A stretch of 63,971 nucleotides of DNA, counting the filler, from Octopus bimaculoides (lineage: Eukaryota), in NCBI RefSeq assembly GCF_001194135.2. It is 6 parts of 5 records of this genome, joined end to end, with 100 filler letters (N's around TTAATTAATTAA, not from the genome) between each part and the next. Parts side by side here need not be neighbours in the genome. Positions count along the whole stretch, not along the records: positions 18,500 to 29,282 come from NC_068995.1; positions 29,383 to 57,689 come from NC_068985.1; 4 more parts are not named here. The stretch is one strand, 5' to 3'. Below, piece by piece: positions 26,591-40,529 of this stretch. Position 1 is the stretch's first letter. The number at the start of each line of letters is the position of its first letter. Made by a program: the position numbers and the translations under genes. The notes under the pieces were generated by a model, which did no database searches, was not told the DNA's origin, and worked only from the letters and a program-made list of their open reading frames with translations.

Positions 26591-27930
26591 GGAGAGACAC
26601 GCGCGTCCTGGTCTAGTTTTTGCGTTTGTGTTTGCGTGTAAGTATGCATGAGTGGGAGTAGGTGGATAACGTGATTATATACATTATAGTAAGGTTAGAG
26701 ACGTATTTCTAAAACAGAAACGTACTTGATGAAAATTTACCTGCAATAAACAGTAGTTTATTCTAAAACAGTATACATTTGTATTTTTAGAGACAGAAAA
26801 AGATGTTCAAAATGTGTGAGGTGTGCACAACTGATCTCTCTAATTCAATTTTAAAATGAAACCTATGTGTATGAATAGGTGTGTATATAGGTGACTTTGT
26901 GTATATATGTGTGTGAGTGTATGTGTGTATATATGTGTGTTAGTGTATGTGAGAGAGAGAGCGTGTGTATCTGCATCAAATAATGTCTTTTTGTTTTCAT
27001 TCACAAGTAAAACTTGCTTTATTTAGGTTTATTTTTTCCTTTTAGCTAAACTCGAAAAACTAAAACCGAAAGATTGGTTGAGTAAAGAGCAAAAATTCAA
27101 TTGTTGCACGAAGGATAGAACTAACTGATTTGGTAACTATATCACCAGTTATCTTTCTTTTGAAACAAATCTTATAAGATTGGAATTCCAAATTTATAGT
27201 TGCGATATTAAAACATAGGTGTAATGAGCTACAGTATGATATTCCAACTTTCATCCTACATGTGCAAATATTATAAAACTTCATGGTACTTTAAGTTATG
27301 TTCCAGATTGACCTAGTGACTATGAGTGACGAAAAACTACAAGGTTGCCGGAGGTAATATTTCTGAAACATAACTGATATTTATGTTATAGTGAACGTTA
27401 GCTATACATTGTTTTCTTATAAATGCGTTTCAACAGCATCAACGAGCGACAGAGAACATTCAAATACCTTTTATAGTAATATGAATCTTTCCTAGTTTTT
27501 CGAGAACAAGAACTAAACTTCTGATGTACTGTCACAATCACTATAATAAACCATGAAACACGCGCGCCTACGACTCTCTCTTTCTATCTCTCTATCTCTT
27601 TCTTTCTCTCTCACTCTCACTTTTCTCTCCGTTTCACTTTCACACTCTCTCTCACACACAGACACGCACACACACATACACATATATATATATATTTATA
27701 TATTTATCTTATGATATTTACTTTACTTTATATTATACTCATTTATTGTGCTTTTAATTATTAATTTTTCTATATGTGATAGTGGATTTTCATCGATGAG
27801 TTCTTGAAAATTGGTTATTTTCCCTAAAACTATATATTTTATATATACTTTATCTATAAGGCTCAATTTAATTTTAATTTTTTATAAATTGATTTTAATT
27901 GAGTTTTGTGGATTTTGTCCCTAATATTAT

Positions 27931-28016
<86 letters not shown>

Positions 28017-28319
28017 GTTGTTTCGCATGAAATGTCGTATTTGAAAGGTAACAATAAAATGCTTCAGAAGCGTTAGAGAACTGATTTGTTTAATCAAAGT
28101 ATGATCCATGTTCATTTATGACGTTTACCCATATTCCATCTTTTAAAAAAAGATTCATCTTTTTCCTGTGATAAACTGTCCGAATGCTTCACTTATCTCT
28201 TCTCTATTTAAGAATGGTTTATTGCTTATGAAAAGTTCAAAATGCTTAAATAAGTCAGTAGGGGAGATATGAGGGGAATAGGGAGTATGTTACAAAATTT
28301 CATAATTCAGGTTTGCAAC

Positions 28320-29060
28320 TTTTAGACCGTAGCTTGAGGAGTGTGAGGACGTGCATTGTCGTGGGGCAAAACTGGGCGATCTCTATTCACTAGTCTGGGT
28401 TGCTTCTTCTTCAAATTCTTATGCATACAATCAATTTCCTGGCAATACGATGTTGCTGTTACCATTTTTCCTTGTTGCAAAAATGAATAATGAATTACCC
28501 GCTTCGTAGACCACCATAGAGTGACCGCTAACTTTTTAGGATGCAATGGTGTGTTTGAGTAGTGTTTAGGTGACTCTCCTGCATCTAATCATTGTCCTGT
28601 TCTCCTGTTGTTGTCAAAATGTATCCATTTCTCATCACAAGACATGATTTGATGCAAAAATGGTCTTTTTCCATTCGAGACAGCAATAAGGAGCACACTT
28701 CGAGGCGTTTGTTTTTTTAATCTCGTTCAGTTGATGTGGAACAAACCTGTCCGTTTTCTTGACTTCTCCAATACTTTACACGTGTCCAAAAATGGTTGTG
28801 CGAGATATTTGGAGCTCTGATGAAAGTTATCGAACGTTTGTTCTAAGATTTTGTTCAACCAAAGCATTTAATCCATCATGCAGGATTTTGGCCTATCATC
28901 TCCTGAACGAGCTTTGGAACCATCTCTGAACAGTTCTGATGCCAACAAAACCATTATCAAAGGCCCCCTTGATATTTTGTAGAGCATCTGCGGCAGAGTG
29001 ACCCAGTTTCTCATACGAGAAAATCACTCAACATGGTTTGATTGTTATCATTTCATAAAG
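28320..29060 (-). mobile_element. Mariner transposase pseudogene
   Basis: IMSCDEKWIHFDN…LHPKKLAVTLWW…VIHYSFL…YCQEID…HDNARPH across frameshifted segments. Confidence 0.9.
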
Positions 29061-29384
29061 TCTGTGAGTACGAATTTTGTATACTAATATTGTTGAGAAA
29101 AAAAAAGGGTCCAGATTAAATGCAAGATATACATAATTGAGATTTTTAAATGACTGAAATAACAAGTAATTAAAAATACGACATTTCAGGTGAAACAACC
29201 TTTCCCGAGCGTCCAATAACACTATCCGTATCACGTCCTCACTTTGTTGTCTTTTTGTTATTGTTTTTTTGTGTGTTTTTTANNNNNNNNNNNNNNNNNN
29301 NNNNNNNNNNNNNNNNNNNNNNNNNNTTAATTAATTAANNNNNNNNNNNNNNNNNNNNNNNNNNNNNNNNNNNNNNNNNNNNGG

Positions 29385-29612
29385 CACATAAAAGACACCA
29401 TTTCGAGCGTGGCCGTTTTCGTGCGGGTGACACGTAAAAGCACCCACTACACTCTCTGAGTGGTTGGCTTTAGGAAGGGCATCCAGCTGTAGAAACTCTG
29501 CCAAATTAGACTGGAGCCTGGTGTTGCCATCCGGTTTCACCAGTCCTCAGTCAAATCGTCCAACCCATGCTAGCATGGAAAGCGGACGTTAAACGATGAT
29601 GATGATGATGAT
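29385..29612 (-). mobile_element. RTE-tail-related short element, young copy (relatives at 7073, 36665, 39413, 41760, 42970, 53720)
   Basis: gggcatccagctgtagaaactctgcc…ccaacccatgctagcatggaaagcggacgttaaacgatgatgat, the same 3' end as the RTE LINE at 33103. Confidence 0.8.
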
Positions 29613-30019
29613 GATATTGTAATATCATGGTACCAATCAGACAGATGTTGTTATACACCGCTAGTCAAAATGCATTTCCTCATATTGTTGTAGCTTTCAG
29701 ACAATGCCACCATACTGGTTAGGTAGGCAGATCAATATTTCTCCAGAACAGAACACCCGTCCTCAACAGGGTTACCCATTTACAGCTACATGAACTGGAG
29801 CAATGTGAAATGAATGTTTTTGCTAAAGAACACAATGCGCTATCAGTCTGGAAATCAAAAGCATGATCTTGTGATTGAGTGCAACATCCTAATGAGTAGG
29901 CCACAGGCCTTCACATATATTGGTGTAATGACCAGAAGTACTCAATACAAATGTGAAGTGTGGTAATTTATTCAAACCAAAGCAATGACACAGTTCTATA
30001 TTTAAGAGATGAGGAATTA

Positions 30020-30395
30020 TGTACATTATTTACATTTGATGGCTATTTGTCCTCATCTTATTTGTTGTTAACATGTTTCGGCTGATACACCCTCCAGCCT
30101 TCATCAGGTGTCTTGGGGAAATTTCAAACCTGGGTTCTCATTCCTAAGGTATTTTGGGGCACATGACATAGCGGTTAACAGTGCAGGCTACTAAACCCAA
30201 GATTTNNNNNNNNNNTATTTTGGGGCACATGACATAGCGGTTAACAGTGCAGGCTACTAAACCCAAGATTTCGAGTTCAATTCCAGGCAGTGACCTGAAT
30301 AATAATAATAACATCAAAAAATACCTTAGGAATGAGAACCCAGGTTAACAAAAACAAGATGAGGACAAATATCCATCAAATGTAAATAATGTACA
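30020..30395. mobile_element. Palindromic composite element with hammerhead motif and tRNA-like head
   Basis: Inverted arms 30020-30071/30345-30395 and 30127-30154/30318-30346. Minus-strand CTGATGA-A-GGCTG-10nt-CAGCC-GAAAC at 30075-30107. Central A-box-like (tgacatagcgg) and B-box-like (gagttcaattcc) motifs followed by (AAT)n. Confidence 0.75.
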
Positions 30396-33102
30396 AAGCA
30401 ATGACCCATTACACTGCAGTTTCCAAGGTGTGTAGCGACTTCTTCAGGTAAGTCTGAGGAAGTTACTGCATGCTGTGGAAACTGGACAGTCACTAGACCA
30501 GCCTAAATAAACTATATATATGTGCATGTGTGTGTGTGTGTATAGAATATAAATGAGTAAAAAAGATGTGCAGGTGTTAATTCATTACAGCTGTTTCAAG
30601 TGGCTCCTTTAATTGATTAATGAAAATATTACATCAATTTGAAAGAAACTGTTCTCGTCAGATGACCACATAGACTTCAAAATATAAGAATATAAACATG
30701 TTTTTCAATGTATTTACTTTAATAATGGAACTCAAAATATTTACATTGTTTCTTTAGTCATATCTGTGGCAGAATGAATTCAATTGAATCTTAATTATAT
30801 ATTTATATAAATGTCGAATGATGAAAATGAGTGCTCAACACTGCATTGGTGGATATAATTTCTTTATTTGTAAATTAAAGCTACCATTGGTTTCATATTA
30901 AGAAAAGTAGGAAAATATCCTAGTGTCTTAATTTTTCAAGCCAATTACATGGGGAAAGGTGTTCGCACATGCATGTGAGAAATTTATGAAGAAATCCACT
31001 ACCTGCCCCAAAACTAACATGAGCAGAAGTATATTATTTCACTGTGTTAAAATGTATGCTAGACAAATTCTTCAAGCAACTTTGACCATGTTGCATTTCA
31101 TTACGCTGCATCAGGAAGTTCTGTCTCCCATTAACTTTGGTAAGTCACTCCTTTCACATTTTGTGTCTCTTCTAACATCAGTGTAGCTAAGTGATCTTTG
31201 CCAATTTTCCACTGAGCAACCACAGCAGTGATAAGTAAGCAGAATCGATTCATAACTCTCCTCTTTGGTCTTATGATCATGTCATGAGTTGCTTTGCGCC
31301 TTCATAAGAAACCCAGTGTACATACCATCAAGGAAATCTTAAAACTCTTTATTCATAATCACAGTTTCAGTTCCTTAGGGAAAACTATTCTCTACACACA
31401 CTCTAAAAAGATCAGCTGTGTTGACTTTGAAATAGAAAAATGTGTATGTATTTATATTACTTTTGTGATAACATTATTGCATTCCTGTTCTTTTATCATA
31501 TCTGAATATGTTTCAGCTTTGTAATATAGTTATATCATTAAATATACTTCCACCTAATGTACACAATATTATATTTACTTCTATATTGCATCTATAATAC
31601 TTATATGTGTTTACTGCTGTTTGACATACTTTAATTGCAATTATTGTCTTTAATTCTTTTGTTTTGAGAAAGCAATAGGATGGAGGGGTGGGAGCCAGAA
31701 CCAAGACAGGAAGCAACTTCTTGTTATATCGGTGGTACATAATGATAACAAGCTGAACATGCACAAATATGTTTGCATGTGTGTGTGTGTAGATATTTTC
31801 ATACTCAGACAAATTGCTAGTGAACATCTGTCCATGAGAAAAACGAGTAAAAGAGAGGGAAATGAGTGAGTGTGTATGTGTATATATATATATACATAGG
31901 AATGAGATAGAAGATTTAAAATATAAACATATATAAAAATATTTAGACAAATATTTTAAGTCATGTCGCTTTCACACATAAATATCGCATGTGTCCATGT
32001 AAAAGGACCTATTTGGAGGAAGTTCTCTATTCAAACACTTGTAGTATGCACATATGTCTGAATAAGTTTATATTCTAAATTATATATATGTACCAATCAA
32101 AGTTTCTCTTTTCCAGAGGTCTGGAAACCAGATATTCCAAGTAGAAACTGAAGCAGATTCAAAATTAAATAAATGTCATTTTGGTTTACCTGACAGAGTT
32201 GAAAGTTTTTGTTTTTTTACATACATACAGAAAGGAGCCTGTCAAGTGTGTGTGCTGTATGTTTATGTGTATGAGGGAATGCTGAAAAGTTCCTGACATT
32301 AAGAGTGTTGCAAAAGGCTTGGTTAGAGGCCCAATCTTCCAAGTTCTTTTACAGAACTTAGAAAATTTGAAGGACCGCTGCAATAAGTGTGTGAATCTAA
32401 AAAGGGAATATGTTGACTAAAATCATAATTAACTGATCTTCCTGTATTTTCTTTTACCCAAAGCCAGGAACTTTTCAGCACCCCCTCGTATATATACACA
32501 TACACACACACGACAGGCTCTTTTCAGTTTCTGCCAACCAAATCTATTTACAAGGCTTTGATTGGCCTGGGGCTATAGTAAAAGACACTTGCCCAAGGTG
32601 CCATGCAGTGGGACTGAACCTGAAACCATGTGGCTGAGAAGCAAACTTCTTGACCAAACAAGCCACACCTGCATTCTGTCAAAATGCATGTATATTTTCA
32701 ACAATTGCAGCCTGGAAGGTGTTCATAAGCCATTTAAAAATACACAAAAACCATTATATTCACTTCCACATTTAAATTTAATTTGTCAAAATATTTTCGT
32801 CGCTTTGAGACCATGACCTGTTCAATGACAAAATTCCATGCTGCATCTCTGGTCACTTGCTATGCAAATACGTCTCCATGTATATTTTATAAAGCATAAA
32901 ATACCATGTGTTTACCCTATTTTATTCCTGTCATACACATACACACATTTCACCTATAACTTCTACTATAACACAAGAACCAATAACGACGCCTGTGTGG
33001 CTGCTTCACCTACAAGAAATGGAGTCAAGTCTTTTTTTAAATCACACCTTACAGCCCTACTGTCTGAAATAAGAATGCATTAGATAATTTAGCCTTAGAC
33101 AC

Positions 33103-36100
33103 CATCATCATCATAGCTTAACGTCTGTTTTCTATGCTGGCATGGGTTGGACGGTTTGACTGAGATCTGGCAGTGTTTCTACAGCTGGATGCCCTTCCTA
33201 ATACCAACCACTCCAAGAGTGTAGTGGGTGCTTTTTACGAGCCACCGGCACAGGAACCAGTCACGCAGGTCTGGCATCAATCACATTCAGATTGTACTTT
33301 TTACATGGCACTGGCACAGGGGCCAGTCAGGGGGTACTGGCATCAGCCACATTCAGATGGTATTTTTTTATGTGCCACCAGCATGAGAGCCAGTCAGTGG
33401 GTACTGGCACTGGCCATGTTTGGATGGTGCTTTTTACGTGCCACTGGCACGAGAGCCAGTCAGGAGGCAATGGCCACAGCTACGATATTGGTTTTACTTG
33501 ACTCCACAGGTCTTCTCAAGCATATCATATCGCCCGACGCATCAGGGGTACTCTTAACTGGGCCGGACATGCGTGGTTGCAATCTCACTTTAGTTGCAGG
33601 GTCTTCTCAATCACAGCACATCTCCAAAGGTCTTGGTCTCCTGTCATTGCCTCTGAAAGGCCCAATGTTTGAAGGTCGTATTTCACCACCTCATCCCATG
33701 TCCTCCTGGGTCTACCTCTTCCATAGGTTCCCACCACAGTTAGGTAGTGGCACTTTGTCACACAGCTGTCCTCATCCATACGTAACACACAACCATAGCA
33801 GCGCAGTTGTCTCCCTTGCACACCACATTTGATGCTTCTTATGCCCAACTTTTCTCTCAGGGCACGTACACTGTCTTGTATGCACACTGACATTACACAT
33901 CCAGCAGATCATACTAGCTTCATTTCTTTCAAGCATGTACTCAGCAGTCATGGCCCGTTTCACTGCCATGTAGCACGGCAGTTCGCACACATGCATCATA
34001 CAGTCTACCTTTCATCCTGAGCGAGAGGCCTTCAGTTGCCAGCAGAGATAGGAGCTCCCTGAACTTTGCCCAGGCTCTTATTCTATCCACTACACTCTCA
34101 GAGCAACCACCCCCACTTACTGAGACTTTAGTTTTTGCTAGGTTAACCCTAAGGCCCTTCAATTCTAGACCTTGCTTCCACACCCTAAACTTTGTCTAGT
34201 TCTGGCAGTGAGTCGGCTATTAGGGCAAGGTCATCAGCATAGAGGAGCTCCTAGGGGCAGCCTGTCTTGAATTCCTCTGTTATTGCCTGGAGGACTATAA
34301 TGAATAAGAGGGGGCTAAGGACTGATCCTTGGTGAACTGCTACTTCTACTCGGAATTCTTCACTATATTCGTTGCCAACCCTCACCTTACTAACAGCATC
34401 CCTGTACAGGGGTTGTACAGCTCTTACCAACCACTCATTTATCCCCAGTTTCCACATTAACCACCAGGTAAGGGATCGGGAGACTCTGTCAAAGGCTTTC
34501 TCCAAGTCAACAAAAACCAAGTACAGAGGTTTCTCTTTGGCTAGATATTTCTCTTGCAGTTGCCTTACCAGAAATATAGCATCAGTGGTGCTTCTGCCTG
34601 GCACAAAACCAAACTGCATCTCATCTAGGTTAACTCTCTCCCTAACTAGTTGGGCTATGGCCCTCACTTTAACTTTCATCACCCGATCCAATAATTTGAT
34701 ACCCTTATAGTTATTTCTATCTAAAGCATCACCTTTACCCTTGTACCAGTTGACTATGGTGCTGCTACACCAGTCATTGTGTATGACTCCTTCATGAACT
34801 GCCTGATTAACAATGCAGGTGGCAAGACCATAACCCACACTGCCCAATATTTTAAGCATCTCAGCAGTGATTCCTGATGGGCCAGGTGCTTTCCCTGTCT
34901 TTATATCCTTAATTGCTTTATCTACCAGGATACTGTTGATTCAGGTAGCTGGTCCCTCAATTAGGTCAACCTTTGGCAGACTCTCCTCCTCCCATTCATT
35001 CTCCACATTCAGCAGTCTTTCATTATGGCATCTCCAAGCCCCTTTCTTTGGAGAATCATTAAACGCAAGGGCACCATCATCCATGCGGACACATCAAGGT
35101 TCCCTCTCACACACTGTCTTGCAATATGAAATACCTCAGTTCTTCAGTCCTCACATAGCTGAACATTAGCAAACTTCTTTTCTGCTACTTCCTTGGCTAT
35201 ATATACCTGTCAGCTAGCTTCCCTTTTGGTTATCTGATACATTCTCCTGCAACACATTCTCTTCCAAACCTGTTTCTTTGCGCTAATGGCCCTGTCTACA
35301 GTATTGTTCCACCACCATGTTACCCTAGGACTGGAAGGGACTTTGCACCAGCCACAAATTTGGTCTGTGGCACTCAGCAAGCTGTCTCACAGGAATTCCC
35401 AGCTGCCTTCTATGTCACAGGACTGTAGCTCCTCCTCCCTATCATCAAATTTCTCAGTAAGGATATCCCTAAACCTCTGACTATGTGAAGGGTTCTTAAG
35501 CTTCCAAGTCCTTCTTTTCTAGATTGGTCTGCTTTTTAGCATCCTTCTGGCCTTGAGTCTAAAGTCACTAATAACTAGTCTATGCTCGGGGGTACATTCT
35601 TCACCAGGGAAGGTCTTTGTATTTAAGAGCAACCATGCATCCCACTGGCTAGCAGAGTCACCTGATTGATAGGTTATCAGGTGGCTAGCTGGCTTTCTGA
35701 AGTTGGTGTTGCAGATCAATAGGTTATTTGCATCGCAGAACTCCAGGAGCCTAGTTCCCTCTTCATTTCTGGTACCAACACCATGGCCCCCATGTACACC
35801 ATGGAAGATACCAGGTTGCTGTCCGACATGCCCATTAAAATCTCCAGCCACAAAGATGAGATCATTGTCACTCGTCTGAGGTAGCCTACAGAAGAATATC
35901 ATAAAAGTGATCCTTCTGCTCATTTGGTAGGCCCACTTGTGGGGCATAGGCAGAGATAATTGTAGCTATACCATTCTACAAGACTAGCCTGAGTTTAAGT
36001 ACTCTATCACACATCCTCACTACCTCTATGACCTCATCCACCCATTTCTCTGCAAGAAGTATGCCCACACCCACTATTCCATCACTATTACCTTCCCAGA

Positions 36101-36200
36101 AGAGTTTATACCTATGTGCTTTGCCTGTGAGGACTCTGGCTGAAGCTCTTCACCACCTTACCTCTTGTATGCAACATACATCAACACGATGAATGGTCAC
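33103..36200 (-). mobile_element. RTE-clade LINE, near full-length ORF2 (APE + RT), frameshifted
   Basis: APE motifs VDVCCIQEVRW and IFVAGDFNGHVG. RT motifs YKGKGDA…QFGFVPGRSTTDAIF…FVDLEKAFDRV…HQGSVLSPLLF…LLYADDL. C-terminal GRGRPRRTW and a (GAT)n tail. Confidence 0.96.
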
Positions 36201-38801
36201 AGCCACAATGCCTTTAATCACAGGTCTGTTTATTTAGACCTGGGCTAAATAAACCTAAAACACTTATTCAAATGATAGCAGCTAAATGAGGTGTAAATCT
36301 CAACAGATTTTACCTCAATATTAAGTTTGGATAAGACAGCAAGCTGGCAGAATCATTAGCACACAAGATGCTTAGTGGCATTTCGTTCTTCTTTATATTC
36401 TGAGTCCAAATTCCACCAAATGTGAACTGAGGCCAATGTAATTGACCTCCCCGACCTCACCCGAACTTGCTAGTCTTGTGTCAAAATTTGAAATCACAAG
36501 TTTGGAAACAACTATTCATTGTGCTGAAAAGCATAAATGTCTGAACATCAAACTGGTCAACAAGCTTCCACTGAGGGTAGTGTAGTCATACAAGACTACA
36601 TAAATGAATAGCAGTATTTCAGATATACTTTATATTTGTGCATGTGCTTGAATGTATTTTATATCATCATCATCGTTTAACACCCATTTCTCCATGCTTG
36701 CATGGGTTGAATGGAATTTGTTGAGGCGGATTTACTAAAGTCAGATGCCATTCCTGTCACCAATCCTCATCTGCATTCATGTAAAGTAATATTCCCCATG
36801 TGTTCACTAAAGATTGGAAACAGAACACCGCTTGCTTGCTGGTGACATTTGTTTACAACTATCACATGATACCAAGGCAAAGAAACAATAACATACACAC
36901 ACATAGATAGATAGATAAATAGACAACGAGCTTCTTCCAGTTTCTATCTACCATTTACATTCACAAGGATTTCGTCGACCCGGAGCAACAGCAAAGGTAT
37001 TCGCCCAAGACGCCATGCAATGTGACTGAACCCGGGACTATGCGGTTGAGAATATACATATGTAAATACATACACAAAAAGCTGAATCTGTGTAGCATTT
37101 TGCTTCTCCAAGAGAACCTGAAAGTAGCAATTTCCTTGCAAAACCTTTGAATTATAGAGCTATAGAAAGAAATATCATCACTTTGAGAGGTGAAAAACTA
37201 TTTGTATATCTAAGTAAAATATGGAAAGGAAAAGACGGTGAAAAACTCTAACCAATAATGCGAGACGTAAAATTCGCCGTGACAAAAAAAAAATCAGATG
37301 TTATTGAAACAGCTGACACCTCTTTCATCTTCGTGGTTTCTCGGTCTAACAGAAAAAATGTGCACAACACAGTAATTGTGCTTCACTACAAAAGAAACGG
37401 GATAGTGAAGAAATGACAGGCATTAAGTAGCGCTCGTAATACAAGTCGAGGGCTAGGCTTTCGGCGACACAGTAGTGTTTGTAATTAGATAAGCAAATTC
37501 AAAGACAAGGCTTATGGAGACACAACAGTACAGTATAATTTTTGACGACACCAAACTTCTAAATTCGATCGACGATTCAGGCTACATTTTTAACGATATT
37601 ATTTTCCTGTTCGTTGGGGAAAATGCAAGAGATGGGTGTGTTGCACGCGTGTGTGTATGTATGTATGTATGTATAGTGTATGTACGCACATAATATGTGT
37701 ATGAAGGCAGCAGAGTTATGTTTTGGAGAGTTCAATTCAAACAAAACCAACAAACGAAAATAACGAACCGAACTGAATATAGCAGAAACTTGTAACACAT
37801 CCTTCGGTGATGAAAAAAAGAAAGAAAAAACTCATAAAAAGCAATTGTGTAAAAGCTAACGACAAGTTAACTAATCTTAATTTCAATGTGCATACGATAC
37901 AAGAATTGACAGTCAGTTTAGCATCAGAATCCGTGTTTCAGGATGTATATAATACGACTAAGACCTCACTTGGCCCGTGTTTTCTTAATTTCTTTCTTTG
38001 CACCCATCTAAGTATTCTCTAAGTATACCTATCATCCGCGATATCGATGAAATTCCATCTTTAGTCCATCTCGTTCTTGAACGTTAGAAAATCACGGAAA
38101 AATAAAAGCCACAGCAAAAAAAAAAAATCTGTCGCATTTGATTACGATAAATAACTAAAATATTTCAAGTAGCTTATTAGCTAACACAATACATGACTTG
38201 GCCAAGATGACAACAATTTATACAAAGGAATTGCACGTATGTGGAGGGAATCACTCTTACTCAATATTCTATGTAAATGATTGAAATAGAAATCATTAAA
38301 TTAGTCATTTATTGAAGATTTTTGTGACTTATTTTGTTAGAATTTGTTTAAAGGGATACAGCAGTCATGTTTACTACATTTGTCATAAGCTATAAAAAGT
38401 GGCGATATAAAACAGTTATGTCGTAAATTATCCTTATTAAGAACACATAAGTTTCTAATGTACTCAATTATTTTCAATAATCAAAATACAGCAATCCCAA
38501 TTTGGTTGTGTCCAAACTAGGAATAAAGTACCCAAGACATATCCGAAGGTGTTAGTCAGAACTGTTAGATTTCTTCTTCATTCATGAGAGGTTTAAAACT
38601 TTATTCAACTGATATTTACTGAAACAGATCACCATTAATTCTACTGTTTAACTTCGTTTCTTTTCTAACACAATATATATGTATGTATATACATATATTG
38701 TTTATGCGCTTGTTCGAAACTAAAGCTTTACTTCGTCACCCTCCAAGTTTACTTCGATCGCGCTATATTTGTACACATACAAAATGAAGAATACCACTTA
38801 C

Positions 38802-38938
38802 CGGGCTAATACGGAAAAGACACCATGCAATTTCGATTTAAGCCACATCTGTTGGTATGGACTCAGAAAAATATTCCTACAGGTAAAGAAGCGGAGCGCC
38901 GATATCAGGCCATATCTTAACATGGATCTAACCAGCAT
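38802..38938 (-). other. Candidate first coding exon with presequence-like composition
   Basis: ATG plus 45 open codons with no Asp/Glu, donor CG|gtaagt, and a YY1-like GATGGCCGCC just upstream (38946-38955). Confidence 0.35.
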
Positions 38939-40529
38939 TTCATGTGGCGGCCATCATAACAAGGTCGTGCCACTTTCTCACACTATCACTTACTTTAGCT
39001 CACTCCGGCTTCCAACATTCCCTTTCTATTTATCACTCTTTTCTTACTACCTCATTAATTAGTTTCTTTCTTCGCTCTCACTCCTCTCTCCTTCACTCTC
39101 CGTTTCTCTATTTTTCACTTGCCTCTTTTATTTATCTACCGTTTAGTTCTCTATATCTCACCTCTTCTATTTCATATTATTTTACTACGTTCGCCCTCCT
39201 TTCTCTCTCTCTCTCTCTCTGTATACTTTTTCGTTGTTCTTTTCTGCTTTGTTAGTTAACTTGCTTTCTTTAAAAAAAAAACAAAAAAATAAACTAACAA
39301 ACGATGGTAATTTTTCATCAAACGATTTCTCACAAATTATTATTGACTATGAATTGTGTGTGGAAATACAGAACTTCTTTTCATTTGTTGACACGCTCAC
39401 TCACATACATAATCATCATCATTTAATGTCCGTCTTCCACACTGGCATGGGTTGGACGGTTTGATAGGAAAAGGCAAACCAGAGAGCTGCACCGGGTTCC
39501 ATTGTCTGCTTTGGCATGGTTCCTACGGCTGGATGCCCTTCCTAACGCCAACCACTTCACAGAGCATACTGGGTGCTTTTTATATGGCCCCATCACTAGT
39601 GCTTTCTTACATGGTACCAACATTTGCAGGGTGGCCAAGTAACTTGCAAAACGAAAATCTCTCAGCTGGAAGGGGGAGTAGAACCAAGAAAAGTGGCTGT
39701 GTCCCAGGTGAGAGGTTAAAGTATCACAGAGGGATAGAGATAGGTGTCGTACAACAGCGGAGGCTAGCCCAAAAGTGAGAGGAGGGAGAGGTAATGTTAG
39801 AGAGAGAAATAGATGGTACTGGAGATGCGTCAGGACCTACCCACAGGGAACATATATATATGTATGTATATATGCATGTATATATGTATGTATGTATGTA
39901 GGTAGGTAGGTAGGTAGGTAGANNNNNNNNNNNNNNNNNNNNNNNNNNNNNNNNNNNNNNNNNNNNNNNNNNNNNNNNNNNNNNNNNNNNNNNNNNNNNN
40001 NNNNNNNNNNNNNNNNNNNNNNNNNNNNNNNNNNNNNNNNNNNNNNATATGCATGTATATATGTATGTATGTATGTAGGTAGGTAGGTAGGTAGGTAGAC
40101 AGGCTGGTATACTTTTATATTGTCAAACATTATACTCCTGGTAATGGCATAACCAGTCAGAAGGTTACTGACAGTTACACGCTAATTATTGCACTTCACA
40201 ATAATGAAAATTTTTCAGACATCCTGGTTAGAAACACATTTTTTCTTTTATGTTGAAGGTGAATTTACAATCCTGGTTCATTCAATGGTGATAAAAAGTA
40301 GGATGAAAGGTTAGCTGTAAATGTTCTGCAAATGCTTGATGCAACACTGAGACCATAGTCTACAAAGTAAAGGTAGTGTTGTCCGACAACAGTGGAAGGA
40401 CACACACTCAGAAATATATTGGGACAATGGTAGACCCTTTTAAGGTTAGGCTAAATGATCATCTTGGTCCTTATTTAGAATCCAGGAGAGGTGCAATGTT
40501 GCAACATTAGCCAGTGATATAAGGCAATT

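Noticed and set aside
30150-30271. Apparent 56-bp tandem duplication of the tRNA-like head
   Set aside because: The copies are identical and flank a 10-N gap, typical of unmerged contig overlap.
33173-33832. 219-aa + strand ORF
   Set aside because: Antisense to the RTE C-terminus and 3' UTR. Similar antisense ORFs appear at other RTE copies.
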